Shown here piece by piece: positions 16,851-20,000 of a stretch of 20,000 nucleotides of DNA. The first letter of the stretch is position 1, and each line of letters opens with the position of its first letter. The notes below the pieces were generated by a model. It worked only from the letters and a program-made list of their open reading frames with translations, made no database searches and was not told where the DNA came from. Both the position numbers and the translations under genes were made by a program. Location: the sequence record SRR22947727_261; one strand, written 5' to 3'.

Positions 16851-17859
16851 CTTCTTTATCCAATTTTGTAATATTGATAATAGAATCAACCCATTCATCC
16901 GAATAATTAAGAGAAGGAACGTAATCAAGAGTTTCTCCACCGGCTTCAACGAATAGCTCTTGGTACTCATCTCCAATTTCTATAATTGTTTCAAGGCAGT
17001 CAGCTGTAAATGCAGGTGAAAAAACTAAAACTTTTTTATGATTTTGAGTTGGTAATTTTTCTAAAACATCATCAGTAAAAGGATCCAACCATTTGTTTGT
17101 TAATCTAGATTGAAAAGATACTATATATTGAGAACTATCTAAATTTAATCTATCTGCTATAAGCTTAGTGGTCTCATATACAGTAGCTTTATAGCAAAAT
17201 TTATTAGCCTCTGTTATTCCTAGCTCACAATCATTATCGCTACATAGTGAATCTGGATAAACATTATCAACATGGCTATTAGGTACGCCATGGTAGCTAA
17301 AAATAACTTTATCGTAAGAATGAACATCAAATTTAGCAGCCTTTGTTATCCAAGCATCAATAAAAGACTTATTGTCATAAAATTGATTGATAAAAGTAAT
17401 TTTTGGTACTACCCACTTATCAGCCAAACACCTTGATACTTCTTTATAAACAGACCCGGTTGTTGCAGCTGCGTAATGAGGAAATAATGGTAAGACAATT
17501 AATTCATCGGGATTTTGATCAAGCATACTATCAATAACTGATGAAATAGCCGGCGATTGATAACGCATTGCAAATTGCACATCAACATGGGGTAATTTTA
17601 CAGACAGAAGCTTAGTAAGTTCTTTCGTATTATGTAATAAAGGGGATCCGTAGTCTTTATGCCAAACTTTTTTATAGATTTTTGATGAACTAAAAGACCT
17701 AAACGGGCAGATAATAAAATTAACAAGAAAAAATCTTAATACAGGGTTTATATTTAAAACTTTCTCATCTGACAGAAATTCTCTTAGATATTTAAATACA
17801 TCAAAATATGATGGACTGTCAGGAGTACCAAGATTAATTATTAATAAACTTTTTTTCAT
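16843..17859 (-). CDS. hemH: Ferrochelatase
   Basis: 338 aa: NLGTP, YLREFLSD, GSPL, AMRY, LPLFPHYAAATTGS, FSYHGVP, FQSR, WLDPFT, PAFTADCLET..EI. Confidence 0.96.
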   Translation of the reverse strand: MKKSLLIINLGTPDSPSYFDVFKYLREFLSDEKVLNINPVLRFFLVNFIICPFRSFSSSKIYKKVWHKDYGSPLLHNTKELTKLLSVKLPHVDVQFAMRYQSPAISSVIDSMLDQNPDELIVLPLFPHYAAATTGSVYKEVSRCLADKWVVPKITFINQFYDNKSFIDAWITKAAKFDVHSYDKVIFSYHGVPNSHVDNVYPDSLCSDNDCELGITEANKFCYKATVYETTKLIADRLNLDSSQYIVSFQSRLTNKWLDPFTDDVLEKLPTQNHKKVLVFSPAFTADCLETIIEIGDEYQELFVEAGGETLDYVPSLNYSDEWVDSIINITKLDKEDV

Positions 17860-19046
17860 ATTGTAGATTCTTTCCTAAAAATAGGATGACTTATTATAAA
17901 TATAAAACAGATTAGGCACAGCATAGATGAGAAATAATATAAATATGATGGATTGATTGCATAGATAGGCATAGCTATTAATGGAGTTAATATATGTCCT
18001 ATCGGGTATACAGACCCCAAATATCCTGCTGCAGAGCCTTGGTGTTCAGGGGTTTGCGATAATGATAACGAAGATGAAATAGCTGGTCTTAACATACCAC
18101 CACCGAAACCATTTATTATTATTGATAGGTAATATATTGAAATTTTTGGAAATAAAGCCATGGTTAGGTATGAAAATAATAGTAAAAAAATACCGAATAT
18201 CAATAGTTTATTATTAGATAGAGGAAATGAATCTGTAAAGAGATATTGACTGACTATAGTAGAAATAGATAAAAGAGCAAAAGTCATGCTTATAATAATT
18301 GGTAAATCATCAACATCCGGAAATACATCAAATAGATAAAACCCTATTGTTTGAATCAATGAAGCAAGGCATAAACTAGAAATTGATGCTAACAACAAAA
18401 ATGGCCAAACAGTATTTGATTTCCAAGAAATTTTTTTTGTACTTTCACCTACATCCCTATCTTTAGATGTATTTTCAACATTTCTATAAATACCAACAGA
18501 AGATATTAGAGCTAGGATACTAAATACATAAAATGGGGTCTCTTTAGTAATTAGTATTAAAAATCCTCCAATCAGTGGTCCCGCAACTGTTCCAACAAGA
18601 AAACTCGACTCTAATCTAGCAAATTTTACAGTTCTTCTGTCTCTTGTTGATGTATCTGCTACATAAGCAAATGCTGCAGGTCTGGTTGCTGAACCTATCA
18701 AACCATTTAGCATTCTTCCAAATACCAATAACGGAAATAAAAAAACAATATCAAGTAGGTTTTTTTCAACTAAAAATAATGGGGTAATCATTGTTATAAG
18801 TGATGCTGAGTAGCCTACAAGACCAAGGACTGCGATATTACGCCTACCATATTTATCACTCGCTCTTCCCCATGCAGCACTTGTTAAAGCCCATGCTATT
18901 GCTGAGAAAGCAAATACAAGTGAGGTTTGAACTTCTGTTAAGCCTAAATCTCTTGCTAGTGGAGGAACAATAACAAAAACAAATGATTGGCCTAGACCAA
19001 CAGTAAATAAGCCGAATTTAAGCCATGATGAACCAGATGACTTCAT
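17856..19046 (-). CDS. Major facilitator superfamily transporter (DHA1/TetA-like)
   Basis: 396 aa with about 12 hydrophobic segments, motif A WGRASDKYGRR, motif B GR..G, and antiporter motif C GTVAGPLIGG. Confidence 0.9.
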   Translation of the reverse strand: MKSSGSSWLKFGLFTVGLGQSFVFVIVPPLARDLGLTEVQTSLVFAFSAIAWALTSAAWGRASDKYGRRNIAVLGLVGYSASLITMITPLFLVEKNLLDIVFLFPLLVFGRMLNGLIGSATRPAAFAYVADTSTRDRRTVKFARLESSFLVGTVAGPLIGGFLILITKETPFYVFSILALISSVGIYRNVENTSKDRDVGESTKKISWKSNTVWPFLLLASISSLCLASLIQTIGFYLFDVFPDVDDLPIIISMTFALLSISTIVSQYLFTDSFPLSNNKLLIFGIFLLLFSYLTMALFPKISIYYLSIIINGFGGGMLRPAISSSLSLSQTPEHQGSAAGYLGSVYPIGHILTPLIAMPIYAINPSYLYYFSSMLCLICFIFIISHPIFRKESTI

Positions 19047-20000
19047 TAAGAAATTTTATTAATGCCTATTGAACTTCTAATTGAATCAATCATTTCCTTG
19101 GCTATAGGCCTTACTTTTTTTGCTCCATCGCTAAGAAGATCATTAATTAAATCTTTATCATTAAGTAACTCTTCGTATCTTTTTCTTACAGGTTCTATAT
19201 CCTTATTTACAATTTCAAACAGTTTATTTTTAGCATCTCCCCAGCCAATGCCATTTATATAATCATCCTTAAGTTCTTCAATCATTTGCTTTGAAGCAAA
19301 ATATTTATATAGAGCAAAAACTGTGCAATTTGAATGATCTTTTGGATCTCCTGGTTCTAGAGAGTTTGTAATAATCTTAGCAATAGATTTCTTTAGTTGT
19401 TTTTCACTAGACAATAAAGGAATAATATTTCCATAAGATTTAGACATTTTTTGACCATCTATTCCTGGAACAGTCTCTTTTGAGGACTGAATAATAGCTT
19501 CAGGAAGGATAAAAGTTTTTTTATACAAATGATTAAATCTTCCAGCAATATCCCTTGTCATTTCAATATGTTGAATTTGATCTGCTCCAACCGGAACATG
19601 GGTTGCATTAAACATTAATATGTCAGCAGCCATTAATACAGGATATGAAAATAGTCCCATTGTGATGCCTTTATCTTCATCATCTGTATTTAAACTTGTT
19701 GCTGACTTATATGCATGAGAGCGATTCATTAATCCTTTTGCAGTAACACAATTCAATATCCAACTAAGTTCTAGTATTTCAGGTATATCTGATTGTCTAT
19801 AGAAAAATGATTTATTTGGATTAAGACCTGATGCAAGCCAAGCCAGAGCTACATTTTTAACTGACTCTGAAACTTCTATGTTTTTAGAATTTTTTATAAT
19901 TGCGTGATAATCAGCTAAAAAATAAAAAGATTCATCGTAATTTTTTGCTAATTCAAGGGCTGGTTTAATGGCACCTAAATAATTTCCTATATGAGGAGTA
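19046..20000 (-). CDS. trpS: Tryptophan--tRNA ligase; 5' end outside the window
   Basis: Frame is open from the window edge: TPHIGNYLGAIKP (HIGH-type motif), ADYHA, YRQSDIPE, then YPVLMAADIL, VPVGADQIQH, KMSKSYGN. The ORF-track start at 19756 is an internal TTG. Confidence 0.97.
   Translation of the reverse strand, partial: TPHIGNYLGAIKPALELAKNYDESFYFLADYHAIIKNSKNIEVSESVKNVALAWLASGLNPNKSFFYRQSDIPEILELSWILNCVTAKGLMNRSHAYKSATSLNTDDEDKGITMGLFSYPVLMAADILMFNATHVPVGADQIQHIEMTRDIAGRFNHLYKKTFILPEAIIQSSKETVPGIDGQKMSKSYGNIIPLLSSEKQLKKSIAKIITNSLEPGDPKDHSNCTVFALYKYFASKQMIEELKDDYINGIGWGDAKNKLFEIVNKDIEPVRKRYEELLNDKDLINDLLSDGAKKVRPIAKEMIDSIRSSIGINKIS

Noticed and set aside
16851-16976. 42-aa N-terminal extension of the SDR in the ORF track
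   Set aside because: It overlaps hemH extensively. ATG 16850 puts the Rossmann motif at the normal position.
19062-19262. 66-aa plus-strand ORF
   Set aside because: Antisense to trpS.
19046-19756. Apparently truncated 236-aa TrpRS (possible pseudogene)
   Set aside because: The frame continues without stops to 20000 and includes the HIGN motif, so the truncation is a window-edge artefact.
1-20000. CRISPR arrays, tRNA/rRNA genes, IS elements, prophage or defence genes
   Set aside because: Nearly all sequence is assigned to housekeeping CDSs. By eye I found no repeat-spacer pattern, transposase/integrase motifs or compositional shift.

Overview
AT-rich, very gene-dense core-genome window from a streamlined Gammaproteobacterium (SAR86-like by composition and gene content; this is inference). 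Left part: a partial secreted amidohydrolase, etfB-etfA with an intrinsic terminator, and a divergent ETF:ubiquinone oxidoreductase coupled to a DUF885 lipoprotein. Right part: an unbroken ~14 kb minus-strand run of 15 genes: trpS (partial), MFS transporter, hemH, 2,4-dienoyl-CoA-reductase-like SDR, aldehyde dehydrogenase, a single lolC/E, lolD, exbB-like, exbD-like, a 919-aa MsbA-LpxK fusion, kdsB, murB, LysE exporter, DUF1285 and a 52-aa DUF2256-like Cys-rich protein missed by the ORF track. I saw no mobile elements, CRISPR arrays or RNA genes. The most notable items are the in-frame MsbA-LpxK fusion in a pared-down envelope cluster, a ferrochelatase with a 3-Cys internal insertion, the DECR1-like SDR next to an aldehyde dehydrogenase, and the hidden small protein.
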